Shown: one piece after another, positions 53,569 through 63,244 of the stretch
Position numbering within the stretch: the first letter of the stretch is position 1
Layout of the letters: the number at the start of each line of letters is the position of its first letter
From: Dehalococcoidia bacterium
Lineage (GTDB): Bacteria; Chloroflexota; Dehalococcoidia; Bin125
Assembly (NCBI GenBank): GCA_963663895.2
Contig: CAXXRD010000002.1
Coordinates: forward strand, 672,001-736,000
DNA: 64,000 bases
Direction: 5' to 3'
Notes under the pieces: model-generated
Told to the model about the DNA's origin: nothing
What the model saw: only the letters and a program-made list of their open reading frames with translations
Database searches by the model: none
Made by a program: the position numbers and the translations under genes

Positions 53569-54252
53569 CTACCAGATCGGACCACGGACGGGAGCGCCGC
53601 TCAGGGCCGCGAATGCCTCGGCAACTTCCATCACCTGATCGAGCCCCCGTTCCTCGAACTCCCGCGGGACCGCGAGGCCACCGATGCGCCGCCGCGTCCC
53701 ACTCTTCTTGACCAAGGTGATCTCCCACTGCGCGAAAGCATGCGCGGGCTCGACGCCGTCGGGCCGCCGGATCTCCCGCCCTGCATCCTCGACCAAGAAC
53801 TCACGGATCTTCCAGAAAGGCACGAGATCCGTGGTACCGACCCCCATGCCCAGGAAGCCCTGTTTCCAGGCCACGGCCTCTCCCTCCCGGTCGGCGACCA
53901 CGCTCGCGCCAAACAGCGTGTATACGAGTCCGAGTCCAGAGATCGGCAGCGCGAGCACGGCCAAGATGAGCAGCAGCGGCAACGTCCAGGCGGGCAGCGC
54001 GCTGGCCCACTGCAGCAGGGCGAACAAGAGAAACGCCGTGAGGCCGATCCCCAGCGCCGGGAACACGATCAGGGAGTTGGGCCGCCGCACCTCGATCCGC
54101 GTCGGCGAGATGCGCACAACCCGCCGGTGCAGCAGCACCTCGCGCGGGGTGAGCGCTTCGCCGGGAACCGGGGACGGGCTCCCGCTGGAGGCGACTGAGG
54201 CGGAGCCGCCCAACGCGTCTTCGCCGGCCATGCGATCAGGCGCGACTTCCAT
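53569..54252 (-). CDS. hypothetical membrane protein (2 TM plus soluble C-terminal domain)
   Basis: Two hydrophobic helices; TATACT 8 nt before ATG 54252. Confidence 0.65.
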   Translation of the reverse strand: MEVAPDRMAGEDALGGSASVASSGSPSPVPGEALTPREVLLHRRVVRISPTRIEVRRPNSLIVFPALGIGLTAFLLFALLQWASALPAWTLPLLLILAVLALPISGLGLVYTLFGASVVADREGEAVAWKQGFLGMGVGTTDLVPFWKIREFLVEDAGREIRRPDGVEPAHAFAQWEITLVKKSGTRRRIGGLAVPREFEERGLDQVMEVAEAFAALSGAPVRGPIW

Positions 54253-54334
54253 GCCCGCTGAGTATATGAGGGGCGTCCGCGCACAATGCCAACCGGGTAC
54301 AGCGCGCCGGCCGCTTTGCCCTATCCTCCAGTCG

Positions 54335-54562
54335 ATGGACCGCACACGCCTCACCGGACTGCTGCTCATGGCGGCGGCGGTAATCGAGCTACTGCTCTTC
54401 TGTGGCGGTGTGGCGCGGCGGAGCTATGCCGCGCTGGCGCTGCCGGTAACGGTGGGCGTCGCGCTCGCATCCGCGCTGGCATTCTGGATGGGGTGGACGC
54501 TCGTATCGATGGAGGACGACTTGGCCGGCCTCGAATTCGAGACGGAACCGCTCGACGATTAG
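54335..54562 (+). CDS. small two-TM hypothetical protein (75 aa)
   Basis: MDRTRLTGLLLMAAAVIELLLFCGGVARRSYAALALPV...FWMGWTL, acidic tail; TATCCT 7 nt before the ATG. Confidence 0.7.
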   Translation: MDRTRLTGLLLMAAAVIELLLFCGGVARRSYAALALPVTVGVALASALAFWMGWTLVSMEDDLAGLEFETEPLDD

Positions 54563-55077
54563 TCCTCGCCCGCCTCGGTTCCCCACGCCGGACCAGCGAC
54601 CGCGACGAGATCACTGGTGTCGATCGCGGCGAGCGCCGTCTGCACGTCCTCGGTCCAGCCCGGCAGGCGCCGCTCGGGATCGAGATCGGCCAGAGGACGC
54701 AACACGAAGCCCCGCTCCCGAATCCGGGGATGCGGGACGGTGAGCCGCTCCAACTCGATGACGCGGTCGCCAAAGAAGAGGATGTCGAGATCGAGGGGGC
54801 GGGGGCCCCAGCGCCGCCCGGGACGGCGCCCCGCAGCATGCTCGATCTCCTTGAGATAATCGAGCAGTTGCAGCGGCTCCAGGCCGGTCTCCGCCAGACA
54901 GACCGCGTTCTGGAACGCCGGCTGATCCGTCACTCCGACCGGCGCCGACTCATACAGCGGCGACAGCTTCGTGACGCGCACGCGCGGGGGCAGCCGCGCG
55001 AGGCCGAAACGCAAATTGGCGCGGCGGTCGCCGAGGTTGGCCCCAAGCGCGATCCCAATCTCGACCCAGTCAGCCAC
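54559..55077 (-). CDS. folK: 6-hydroxymethyl-7,8-dihydropterin pyrophosphokinase
   Basis: ALGANLGDR, F.NAV, WGPRPLDLDIL, PHP, RGFVL.PL. Confidence 0.95.
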   Translation of the reverse strand: MADWVEIGIALGANLGDRRANLRFGLARLPPRVRVTKLSPLYESAPVGVTDQPAFQNAVCLAETGLEPLQLLDYLKEIEHAAGRRPGRRWGPRPLDLDILFFGDRVIELERLTVPHPRIRERGFVLRPLADLDPERRLPGWTEDVQTALAAIDTSDLVAVAGPAWGTEAGED

Positions 55078-55921
55078 GGGACGGATCCCAGCCGCGCACC
55101 ACCGCGTCCGTCATGCACGCCACACGGCCCATCGCACCCACGTCGTGGACGCGCACGATATCGGCGCCGTTGGCGATAGCGAGCGCAACCAACGCCGCCG
55201 TGCCTTCAAGACGCTGCTGCACGGGAACATCCAGCACCAATCCGATCACGCTCTTGCGCGAAGGGCCCACGAGAATCGGCCGGCCGATCCCACGCAGCTC
55301 GCCCAGCCGCCGGATGATCTCCAGGTTCTGCTGCGGCTCCCAGCCGAAGCCCAGCCCCGGGTCGATAATCAGCCGCTCGCGCGGCAAGCCCGCCCGCGCC
55401 GCCACCTGGAAGGACGCCGCCAGCCCGGCGCGGACGTCGTCGGCTACATCGCGGAAAGGGCGGCCGCGCTGATTGTGCATCACGACGGCGGCGGCGGCCG
55501 CCTCCGCAACCGCGGATGCCATCTCGGCGTCGCCGCGCAGGCCACTCGTGTCGTTGATGAGGCTGGCGCCGGCCGCGAGAGCCGCCTGCGCGACCTCGCC
55601 GCTGGTCGTGTCGACGCTCAGCGGCAGGTCGCAGAGATCGCGCAGGCGCTCCAGTACGGGCAGCAGGCGCGCGATCTGCTGTTCGGCCGGCACGGGTGTG
55701 AACCCCGGCCGGGTCGACTCGGCGCCCAAGTCCAAAATGTCCGCCCCCTCCGCCGCGAAGCGCTCCGCTTGCGCGAGGGCCCGATCCACGTCGGCGGCGA
55801 GGCCGTCTCCCGCGAAGGAATCGCTGGTCAGATTGAGAATGCCCATGAGATAGGTGCGCCGGCCCCAGTCGAAGCGACGACCGGCCAGTGCGATTGGAGC
55901 GGGGCGAGGGACATCCGGCAT
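55070..55921 (-). CDS. folP: dihydropteroate synthase
   Basis: MGILNLTSDSF, GAESTRPG, IDPGLGF, GPSRKS, VRVHDV. Confidence 0.96.
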   Translation of the reverse strand: MPDVPRPAPIALAGRRFDWGRRTYLMGILNLTSDSFAGDGLAADVDRALAQAERFAAEGADILDLGAESTRPGFTPVPAEQQIARLLPVLERLRDLCDLPLSVDTTSGEVAQAALAAGASLINDTSGLRGDAEMASAVAEAAAAAVVMHNQRGRPFRDVADDVRAGLAASFQVAARAGLPRERLIIDPGLGFGWEPQQNLEIIRRLGELRGIGRPILVGPSRKSVIGLVLDVPVQQRLEGTAALVALAIANGADIVRVHDVGAMGRVACMTDAVVRGWDPSRG

Positions 55922-55950
55922 GGCGCGAGAACCGCCGATCGACCAGCACT

Positions 55951-56466
55951 TCAGGACGAGAGAGAGACCTCACGGACGGTGACGCGGGGGCGGCCCTGTG
56001 GATTCTCCACGGTCTCCAGGCGCAGACGCTCGCTGCCGAGAGGCGACTCACCCACATCCCAGCCGACCTCGGTCGCTCTCTCTCCTTCGATCCGCCACGC
56101 GCGCACTTCCGGTTGGGAGTGCTGCAGCGATACGACGACCCAGTAGGGCCACGGATCAGCGCTCTCCCACATGCGGGCGAATTTCATATCGGTAGGGGAG
56201 GGACACGCCTCCGTCTTGGTGTGGGAATGGTAAATGACGAGCAGGTCGGCGTCGCACGCGTCGATGGTGCGATAGAGGAAATGCAACTCCGCTGGCGGAA
56301 TGGAGAAGCGGAACGGCGACGCCTCGGCATTCGTCGCCCGATAGAGTCTGAGCGCGCCGCCGGGCAGACGCAGGACCACGCCGCAGGCCTCGTTCGGTGC
56401 ATCCTCGCGGGCATGCGCGATCATCTCCGCAATGAAGGCCTGGGGCAGAGCAAGCTCGCTAGCCAT
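55951..56466 (-). CDS. JAMM/MPN+ metallopeptidase (Mec-like, M67)
   Basis: PNEACG and YHSHTKTEACPSPTD; adjacent to cysM/cysO. Confidence 0.92.
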   Translation of the reverse strand: MASELALPQAFIAEMIAHAREDAPNEACGVVLRLPGGALRLYRATNAEASPFRFSIPPAELHFLYRTIDACDADLLVIYHSHTKTEACPSPTDMKFARMWESADPWPYWVVVSLQHSQPEVRAWRIEGERATEVGWDVGESPLGSERLRLETVENPQGRPRVTVREVSLSS

Positions 56467-56481
56467 CGCTCGCGCGGCAGG

Positions 56482-57438
56482 TTACCACCAAATCTTTCCC
56501 TCGATCGCTTCGTCCCCACGGATCTCCTCGTAGTCACGCTCCCAGAGGCGCGTAGAGATGTACTTCCACCCCCCGTCGGCGAGCAGCACGACGATATCGC
56601 CGTGCGACAGCCGCTCCGCCACCCGCTGCGCGGTGCGCACGGCGGCGCCCGCGGAGATGCCCGTGAAGATCCCCTCGTTGTCCATGAGCGCCTTGGCGAC
56701 CGCGAACGAGGTTCGGCTATCGACCATGATCCGAGCGTCCAGCACCGACTCATCCAGCACCGGAGGGATGTACCCCTCGTCGAGGCTGCGCAAGCCCTGA
56801 ACGAGATCGCCGGGGTGCGGGACCGAGGCGATAATCCGAACCTCCGGCTTGGTGGCCCTGAAGAAGCGGCCCACGCCCGTTAGCGTTCCGCCGGTGCCCA
56901 GTCCCGCCACGAAATGCGTGATGCTCGGACAGTCGCGCAGGATCTCGGGTCCGGTGGTCTCTTCGTGGGCGGCAGGATTGGCGGGATTCTCGTACTGGAA
57001 GGGCATGAACAGGGACGGATCCTGCTCGGCCAGCTCCTGTGCCATCTGCACCGATCCGTTGGTCCCCAACGCACCCGGGGAAAGAATGATCTCGGCGCCG
57101 TAGAACCGGAGCAGATCCCGGCGCTCCGCACTCACGCTCTCCGGCATCACGCAGCGAATCGGGTGCCCGTAGATCCGCGCGATCATCGCGAGCGAGATGC
57201 CGGTGTTGCCGCTCGTGGGTTCCAGGATCGTCTGCCCGGGCCGGAGCGACCCGTCCGCGCGGGCCGCGGCGATCATGGCCTTCGCGATCCGGTCCTTCAC
57301 CGATCCCGTGGGATTATGCCCCTCGAGCTTGGCCCAGATGCGCACGGCCGGGCTGGGCGATGTACGCCGCAGCCGTACGATCGGCGTGTTCCCGATCAGG
57401 TCGAGGGGCGAATCGTAAAGGCGCGCCTCAAGCGACAC
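56482..57438 (-). CDS. cysM: CysO-dependent PLP cysteine synthase (CysM-like)
   Basis: NPTGSVKDRIA, EPTSGNTG, GLGTGGT, DGGWKYIST; cysO and mec neighbours. Confidence 0.88.
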   Translation of the reverse strand: MSLEARLYDSPLDLIGNTPIVRLRRTSPSPAVRIWAKLEGHNPTGSVKDRIAKAMIAAARADGSLRPGQTILEPTSGNTGISLAMIARIYGHPIRCVMPESVSAERRDLLRFYGAEIILSPGALGTNGSVQMAQELAEQDPSLFMPFQYENPANPAAHEETTGPEILRDCPSITHFVAGLGTGGTLTGVGRFFRATKPEVRIIASVPHPGDLVQGLRSLDEGYIPPVLDESVLDARIMVDSRTSFAVAKALMDNEGIFTGISAGAAVRTAQRVAERLSHGDIVVLLADGGWKYISTRLWERDYEEIRGDEAIEGKIWW

Positions 57439-57446
57439 AGCACCGC

Positions 57447-57719
57447 CTACCCGCCAGCGAGCGCGGGAAGGATCGCGATCGCATCCCCATCCGCGATCGG
57501 CGTGTCGAGCTGTCCGAGGAAGCGGATATCCTCGTCGTTCAGGAAAATATTGACGAACCGGCGCAACTCGCCATCCTCCACCAACTGATCGCGAAATCCC
57601 GGGTAGTCCCGATCGATATCGGCGAGCAGATCGCGCACGGTCGGGCTCGCGTAGTGCAGCACCTTTTGGCCCTGGGTAACGTTCTGGAGCACAGACGGAA
57701 CCCGAACTTCGATGGGCAT
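57447..57719 (-). CDS. ubiquitin-like sulfur carrier (CysO/MoaD family)
   Basis: LRRFVNIFLNDEDIRFL, C-terminal ILPALAGG. Confidence 0.92.
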   Translation of the reverse strand: MPIEVRVPSVLQNVTQGQKVLHYASPTVRDLLADIDRDYPGFRDQLVEDGELRRFVNIFLNDEDIRFLGQLDTPIADGDAIAILPALAGG

Positions 57720-57730
57720 CGCGCGCTCCG

Positions 57731-58831
57731 TTAGACGGAGGCGGCGACGGCGCCCTCGTGGAAGGGCGACCCGCAGAAAGCCTCGTAGTCGATCAGCGCG
57801 AATACGGTGGGATCATCGCCACACAGGGGGCACTTGGGGTCGCGCCGGATCTTGACGGTGCGGAACTCCATCGCCAGCGCGTCGTACAGGAGAAGCCGAT
57901 TCCGCAGCGGCTCCCCCACTTCGAGAACCAGCTTCAGGACCTCGGTGGCCTGAATCGTGCCGACGGTGCCCGGCAGAACGCCGAGTACCCCCGCCTCCGC
58001 GCAGGAGGGAACCATGCCGGGGGGTGGGGGACTGGGATAGAGGCAGCGGTAGCAGCCCTTCTCAGGGATGAACGTGGTCACCTGCCCCTCGAACAGGAAG
58101 ATACTGCCGTCGACCAGCGGCTTACCCGCGAAAAATGAGGCATCGTTCACCAAGTAGCGCGTCGCGAAATTGTCCGCGCCGTTCACGATGATGTCGTATT
58201 GAGGGATGATCTCCATCGCGTTCTCGGACGTCAGCGGCTCGCGATGCTTGATCACCGCCACGTTGGGATTGATCCGCGCGATGCGGTCAGCGGCCGAGTC
58301 GACTTTGGGGCGGCCGATGTCGTCCGTATCGTGGATGATCTGCCGCTGGAGGTTGCTGAGATCGACATCGTCGAAATCGACGATGCCGATCGTGCCGACT
58401 CCGGCGGCCGCAAGGTAGGCCAAGAGCGGTGAGCCGAGCCCGCCGGCGCCGATCGCCAGAACGCTCGCGTTTGTGATCCTGCGCTGTCCCAGCGGTCCTA
58501 CCTGATCCATGATCATGTGCCGGCTGTAGCGGTCCACCTGTTCCGGCGTCATCACCGCGCCGCCGGCGACGGCGGGAATCAAGGAAAGCTCGTCGCCGTC
58601 GTCGAGTGATGTTTCCACGCCGCCGAGCGCGCTGATCTCCTGACCGTTCACAAAGATGTCGAGCTCTTTGAGTACGTTGCGATCAGCGTCGAAGACCCGC
58701 GCGCCCAGACCAGGGAAGCGCTGGTCGAGGTCGCGGAGCACTCCCGCCACGTCCGCGCCGGCCGCGTCAACGAAGGCGCGACTCTGCGTGAACGCCCGCA
58801 ACGGGGTTGGAATGTAGACCTTCACCGGCAT
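57731..58831 (-). CDS. Ubl (MoaD/ThiS)-MoeB/ThiF E1 fusion
   Basis: N-terminal Ubl ending LIPAVAGG, then RYSRH, GAGGLGS, DLSNLQRQ, CYRCL, SCAEAGVLG, CPLC; no rhodanese domain; ATG 58831 with GGAGG SD. Confidence 0.92.
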   Translation of the reverse strand: MPVKVYIPTPLRAFTQSRAFVDAAGADVAGVLRDLDQRFPGLGARVFDADRNVLKELDIFVNGQEISALGGVETSLDDGDELSLIPAVAGGAVMTPEQVDRYSRHMIMDQVGPLGQRRITNASVLAIGAGGLGSPLLAYLAAAGVGTIGIVDFDDVDLSNLQRQIIHDTDDIGRPKVDSAADRIARINPNVAVIKHREPLTSENAMEIIPQYDIIVNGADNFATRYLVNDASFFAGKPLVDGSIFLFEGQVTTFIPEKGCYRCLYPSPPPPGMVPSCAEAGVLGVLPGTVGTIQATEVLKLVLEVGEPLRNRLLLYDALAMEFRTVKIRRDPKCPLCGDDPTVFALIDYEAFCGSPFHEGAVAASV

Positions 58832-59054
58832 GCGCACCCTCCCCCTACGGGCTTGCCAGCGGGCCCGGCCGCCGCAAGCCCAACTCACCGTAACACCTCG
58901 TCCGCCCGCCCGAGCTCGGCACGCGTTGGCGTTGACAATCCCGCGCGGCGTTCCCGGTCCCCTCGGGCCCGTGCGGAGCCGAGCAGGGCGCCGCCGGAGG
59001 GCGAGGCGACCCAACATGCGGCGGAGAAAGACACTCAAGGACACTTCGGCGCGC

Positions 59055-60053
59055 TCAGTACCGCCGCTTGCGAACGCGCACCCGCTTCAGCGCAGCCTCC
59101 GTCAACGCCGGACGCTTCCTCACCGCCTGGCGCGGCGGCCCGGCGCGGCCGGACGGCGGGGTCGCCAGGTACTCCTCCACATCCTGAACGTGCTGCTGCG
59201 GGTTCCGGAGAAGGTAGAGGGCAAGTCCGACCGCCATGACCCCCGTGATCACCGCCAGCAGCTGCGGTACCGACATCCCCCCGATCGTTTGCTCGTCCGT
59301 GCGGAGGATGCCGAGGAGCCCGCGTACGGCCGCGTAGGCGATCACGTAAAAGACGAAGCCCCAACCCGGCAGGGCGCCGCGCCGCCGCAGATAGAGCAGG
59401 ACCCCGAGGATCATGAAATCCAGGATCCACTCGTATCCACCTGCAACGGGATGCACCGCGACCGGCGCTCCGCTCTGCAAGTTTCCGGTGTCTCCACGCA
59501 CCCAAGGCTGCTGCGGCTCACCGAGAACGTACGAGGCCCAAGGCCCATCGGTCTGGGGATGCGTGTAGCGAAAGGCCCAGGGCAAGCTCGACCGATCCGC
59601 GAAGTGCTCGCCGTTAATGAGGTCGCCCCAACGGCCCACAGCCTGCCCCAAGATCATGCCCGGAGCAGCGATGTCCAGCGCCAGGAACTTTGGAAACTGC
59701 GGGCGGAAAAGCAAAACGTAGATCAGCCCGCCCAGCACGCCGCCGATCATCGCTCCGTAGATCGAGATGCCGCCATCGGTAAGCCGGAAGACGTCCCCAA
59801 CGGAGTTGATCGCGTCCGTATGCTCGATCACCCATAGCGCGCGCGCCCCCACGATGCCCGCGGGCACGGCGACCAGCGCCACCGTGAAAACGTCGTCTTC
59901 CTTGAACCCTTTGCCCCGCGCGAGCCGGTAGGAGAGGAACACCCCGGCCGCGATTCCAACCGCCGTGAAGAAACCGTGCCACGTAAGCCCGAACCCGCCC
60001 CGGATGAGGTGCGGGTCGATGTTGATATCGATAGCGGCGACGAGATCCATCAT
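59055..60053 (-). CDS. lgt: prolipoprotein diacylglyceryl transferase
   Basis: GIVGAR, GGISIYGA..GG, GQAVGRWGDLINGE, HP...YE. Confidence 0.85.
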   Translation of the reverse strand: MMDLVAAIDINIDPHLIRGGFGLTWHGFFTAVGIAAGVFLSYRLARGKGFKEDDVFTVALVAVPAGIVGARALWVIEHTDAINSVGDVFRLTDGGISIYGAMIGGVLGGLIYVLLFRPQFPKFLALDIAAPGMILGQAVGRWGDLINGEHFADRSSLPWAFRYTHPQTDGPWASYVLGEPQQPWVRGDTGNLQSGAPVAVHPVAGGYEWILDFMILGVLLYLRRRGALPGWGFVFYVIAYAAVRGLLGILRTDEQTIGGMSVPQLLAVITGVMAVGLALYLLRNPQQHVQDVEEYLATPPSGRAGPPRQAVRKRPALTEAALKRVRVRKRRY

Positions 60054-62215
60054 TCGTCGTCCCAGTCTTCGTCCAGAAGTGTATCCGCGTCCGGCGCGCC
60101 GGCCTCACTGGCATAGCGCGCGAGTTCGCGCCGCAAATGGACGGCGTGGCCGGCGAGGCCGGCAAGGTAGACGCGATCCGGCGTGATCCTTGCCCAGATG
60201 CGACGTCTCGGCACAAAGAACGTCGTCGCAAGCCCGAGGATGCCCAGGCCGATCGCGATCCAAAAGATCAGCGCGCCCGGATCGCGGCGCACGGTCAGGC
60301 CCGTGAACTCGCGCGCGCCCACGAACGCGTACTCGTAGTTGCCGACCACGGCGCTCTCGCCTTCGCGCAGATCGAGGCGCGGAATGCCGCCCCCTAAGCC
60401 GATCGCCAATCGCGCGGGCAATGCCGCCTCGCTGCCCGTACTTCCGGCGGTCGTGCTCGCTACGGCCGTCGTCTGCGCGAGCTCGACACCCTCGCCCCCC
60501 CGCGCATCAAAGGTCGAAGCGGTCCGACCCTGGCCGAATCGCTCCAGCAAGAGTAGCGTCTCGCCAGCCGCGCCGGGAACTCCGTCGCCGGTCGCGAAGT
60601 AGACCGGCTCAGCGCCGAGGTAGGTCAGTTCGATCCCTCCGATCCGCTGACTCTCGCCCGGAGCTAAGTGGCCCTGCACGCTCAGGTCCGGTTCGGCGCG
60701 CACATACTCCAGTTCGAAGGCGCCCAGCACCGCGCGGCCGCCAGGTTCCAGCAACCCGCGCTGCGTCGCCTCGCGCTCACTGAAGTAGAAGAAGCGTGAC
60801 TCGCCCCCTCCCTCCTCAAAGCCGACTGCCAACGTCTCCTCATCGGTTAGTGGGAGAAAGCCCACACGGGCGACCGTGCGCCCCTCCGGGGAGACCTCCG
60901 AGAGCGTGACGACGTCCTCCGCGAGGAGGCGGCCGCTGGCCGCGTCGTAGATCCGGAGCCGCGGAGCGGACGGGGGCGGCTCGAAAAGGCGCAACTCCGA
61001 CGCCGTCAGCGCCGGGGCGCTGCCAGTGGCGCCCGCCGCCGGCAGCGCGAGGCGGCTGTAGTAGAACCTGGAACCTCCTTCGGGGTCGCGCAGCAGCAGC
61101 AATGCGAGGCTCGTCCCTTCGCCCAAGGGAATGAGTTGGTAGCCACTATCGGGCATATCCGCCACTGCCTGCGGCAGATGGATCACCTCCTCGGCGAACA
61201 CGGCGCCCGTCTCCAAGTTCGTAATGCGGACGCGCGGACCAAAAAACTGCTGGTCCAGCAGAAGCGTTTCAGAGTAGAGGAGCTGGCCGGAGCCGGCGGC
61301 GCGCACTTGGAGCGCGGCGCCATGCTCCCAATAGGCCGCCTGATGCACACGGAAGCCGCCAGCAGCGAGCGGCCCGTTCACCGTCACTTCACCGATCGCG
61401 ATCTCTTCGCCCGCGCGAGTGACGCGAACGGCGCTGCGAAAGTCCAGCGCCTGGCCCTCGTCGTTAAAGCGCGCGACCACGTCATCGACGATCACCAGCA
61501 TCTGCTGCCGCTCGCCGCCCGTGCCGAAGAGCGGCCGGCTCTGGCCCTCTCCCACCCAGAATTGGAACTCTTCTCCTCCGAACTTCGTCAGGAGCGTGCC
61601 CAATACCAGCAGCAGCAAGGCAAGGTGGGAAACGAACGTGGCGAACTGCGCCCAGCCGAAGCGGTCCGCGAAAAGGTACAGCGCCCCGTCACGACGCTCG
61701 GCCTGCACGCGGAACCGATGCCGGCGCAACACCGCCGCCAGCGCGCCCGCGTCCGGCGGCGCGGCAAAATCGACGCGGTGCCGGGCGCGCTCAAAATAGC
61801 GGTCGGGTACCCGCCGCTGCGGGCGGCGCACAAATCGATAGATCGGCGGGAACCGGCTGACGGTGCAAACCGTGATCGCGAGAGCCAGCAGTGCGACGAG
61901 CGCATACCAGTACGGCTGGCTGAAGAGATTAAACACCCCGCCGTTGGCGTCGTAGAACCAGGGGAACTCGGCGAGCGGGTCGGTGAGGGGCCCCCACGTG
62001 CCGCGCTGCTCGTCGACGAACTGGTCGACCGCAACCCGCTCGCCCGCCAGTTGCGGCGGGACCTGGGGGATGACGACGCCGGCGAGCGCGAAGAGCGCGG
62101 CGAGGCCGATCAGCACCAGCGCGAACCGCACCGAGGTGAGCTTGCGCCAGACCCAATAGACCGGGTCCGGGTAGTCTTCGCGTCGGCGTCGGCGCGCGGG
62201 GCTCGCTGGGGTCAT
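60050..62215 (-). CDS. resB: cytochrome c biogenesis protein ResB/Ccs1 with expanded extracellular region
   Basis: LTSVRFALVLI, G.VIPQ, VCT, SHLALLL, VNGPL, TGLTVRRDPG, RRIW. Confidence 0.85.
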   Translation of the reverse strand: MTPASPARRRRREDYPDPVYWVWRKLTSVRFALVLIGLAALFALAGVVIPQVPPQLAGERVAVDQFVDEQRGTWGPLTDPLAEFPWFYDANGGVFNLFSQPYWYALVALLALAITVCTVSRFPPIYRFVRRPQRRVPDRYFERARHRVDFAAPPDAGALAAVLRRHRFRVQAERRDGALYLFADRFGWAQFATFVSHLALLLLVLGTLLTKFGGEEFQFWVGEGQSRPLFGTGGERQQMLVIVDDVVARFNDEGQALDFRSAVRVTRAGEEIAIGEVTVNGPLAAGGFRVHQAAYWEHGAALQVRAAGSGQLLYSETLLLDQQFFGPRVRITNLETGAVFAEEVIHLPQAVADMPDSGYQLIPLGEGTSLALLLLRDPEGGSRFYYSRLALPAAGATGSAPALTASELRLFEPPPSAPRLRIYDAASGRLLAEDVVTLSEVSPEGRTVARVGFLPLTDEETLAVGFEEGGGESRFFYFSEREATQRGLLEPGGRAVLGAFELEYVRAEPDLSVQGHLAPGESQRIGGIELTYLGAEPVYFATGDGVPGAAGETLLLLERFGQGRTASTFDARGGEGVELAQTTAVASTTAGSTGSEAALPARLAIGLGGGIPRLDLREGESAVVGNYEYAFVGAREFTGLTVRRDPGALIFWIAIGLGILGLATTFFVPRRRIWARITPDRVYLAGLAGHAVHLRRELARYASEAGAPDADTLLDEDWDDE

Positions 62216-62278
62216 CTACCTGGCGTCACTCCGCTCCGGCCACGATAGCGCACGGCTCTGCCGGCCGATCGGAAGGGG

Positions 62279-63244
62279 CTAGCCGTCGAGACCGAACGCC
62301 TCAATGTAGAGCAGCCGCGCCTCCAGAGGCGGCTGCCCTTCACCGAGATAGGAATCCCCGATTCGAATCTCGAAGTGCAAATGGAAGTCGGTCTCCACGG
62401 GGTGGAGGCTGGTCGGAGATCCCGACTCACCCACGAAACCGATGATGTCCCCGGCTCCAACGGGGTCACCCATCTCGATCCCCGCAGCAATCGCACTGAG
62501 GTGCGCGTAGCGCGTGACGACGCCGGCACCGTGGTCGATCCATACTTGGCGACCGCGAAACAGGTCCAGCACCTCTTCCCCTTGAAAGCCGGCGGCTTCG
62601 GCCGCCGCGTACTCAGCCTGTGTCAGTTCGGTGTAGTCGAGATCCGCTCGGACGATCACGCCGTCCTTGGCCGCGATCACCACGCTCCCCAGGCCCAAGG
62701 GGACGCAGCTCGCAAACTCGTAAAAGTCGAGCCCCTCGTGGATGCCGTTGCGGTATGCGCGGAGCGCGCCGGCCTGATGGCCTTCGAACTCCGAAATGCA
62801 CGCGTCGGGAATGGGAACGGTAAAGCCGGTCAGCACCGGCTCGGCCAGCGGCGGTGCGATATCTTGCGCCGTCTCCGCAGCATCGCCGTCCCCTATCGCC
62901 GGAGTGGTGCCGTCACCGGGAGGAGTTTCCGGGGGAGAGGCGAATTCGCCGTTGGTCGTGTCTATAGGCTGCGAAGAGTCGCTGGCGGGCGCCGCTTCGG
63001 CCGCGGGAGGAGGGGCAGACGCCGACGTTGCCGGGGAGGCGTTGGGATCTTCGGCGTCGCCACCGTCCCCGTTGAGCCCGAACGCGAGGCCGACCGCGAG
63101 CATGAAAACCACCGCCGCCAACCCCGCCCAAAAAAGCGGCGTGCCAGGCAGCCACGACCCAGCGTGCTCCCTGCCCGCGAGCGCGCCTTTGCGTGGCGAA
63201 AGCCGGACCGAATTGCGCGTGCCGTCGCGACGAGGCGAGGTGAT
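62279..63244 (-). CDS. membrane-anchored M23 family metallopeptidase
   Basis: HEGLD, YAHL, HLHFEIR; N-terminal TM and Pro/Ala linker; start uncertain (ATC 63244 after GGAGG versus TTG 63121). Confidence 0.85.
   Translation of the reverse strand: MTSPRRDGTRNSVRLSPRKGALAGREHAGSWLPGTPLFWAGLAAVVFMLAVGLAFGLNGDGGDAEDPNASPATSASAPPPAAEAAPASDSSQPIDTTNGEFASPPETPPGDGTTPAIGDGDAAETAQDIAPPLAEPVLTGFTVPIPDACISEFEGHQAGALRAYRNGIHEGLDFYEFASCVPLGLGSVVIAAKDGVIVRADLDYTELTQAEYAAAEAAGFQGEEVLDLFRGRQVWIDHGAGVVTRYAHLSAIAAGIEMGDPVGAGDIIGFVGESGSPTSLHPVETDFHLHFEIRIGDSYLGEGQPPLEARLLYIEAFGLDG

Noticed and set aside
58832-59054. Moco, TPP or SAM riboswitch upstream of the Ubl-MoeB gene
   Set aside because: Only one 8-bp stem (GGGCTTGC/GCAAGCCC) and no aptamer consensus recognised.
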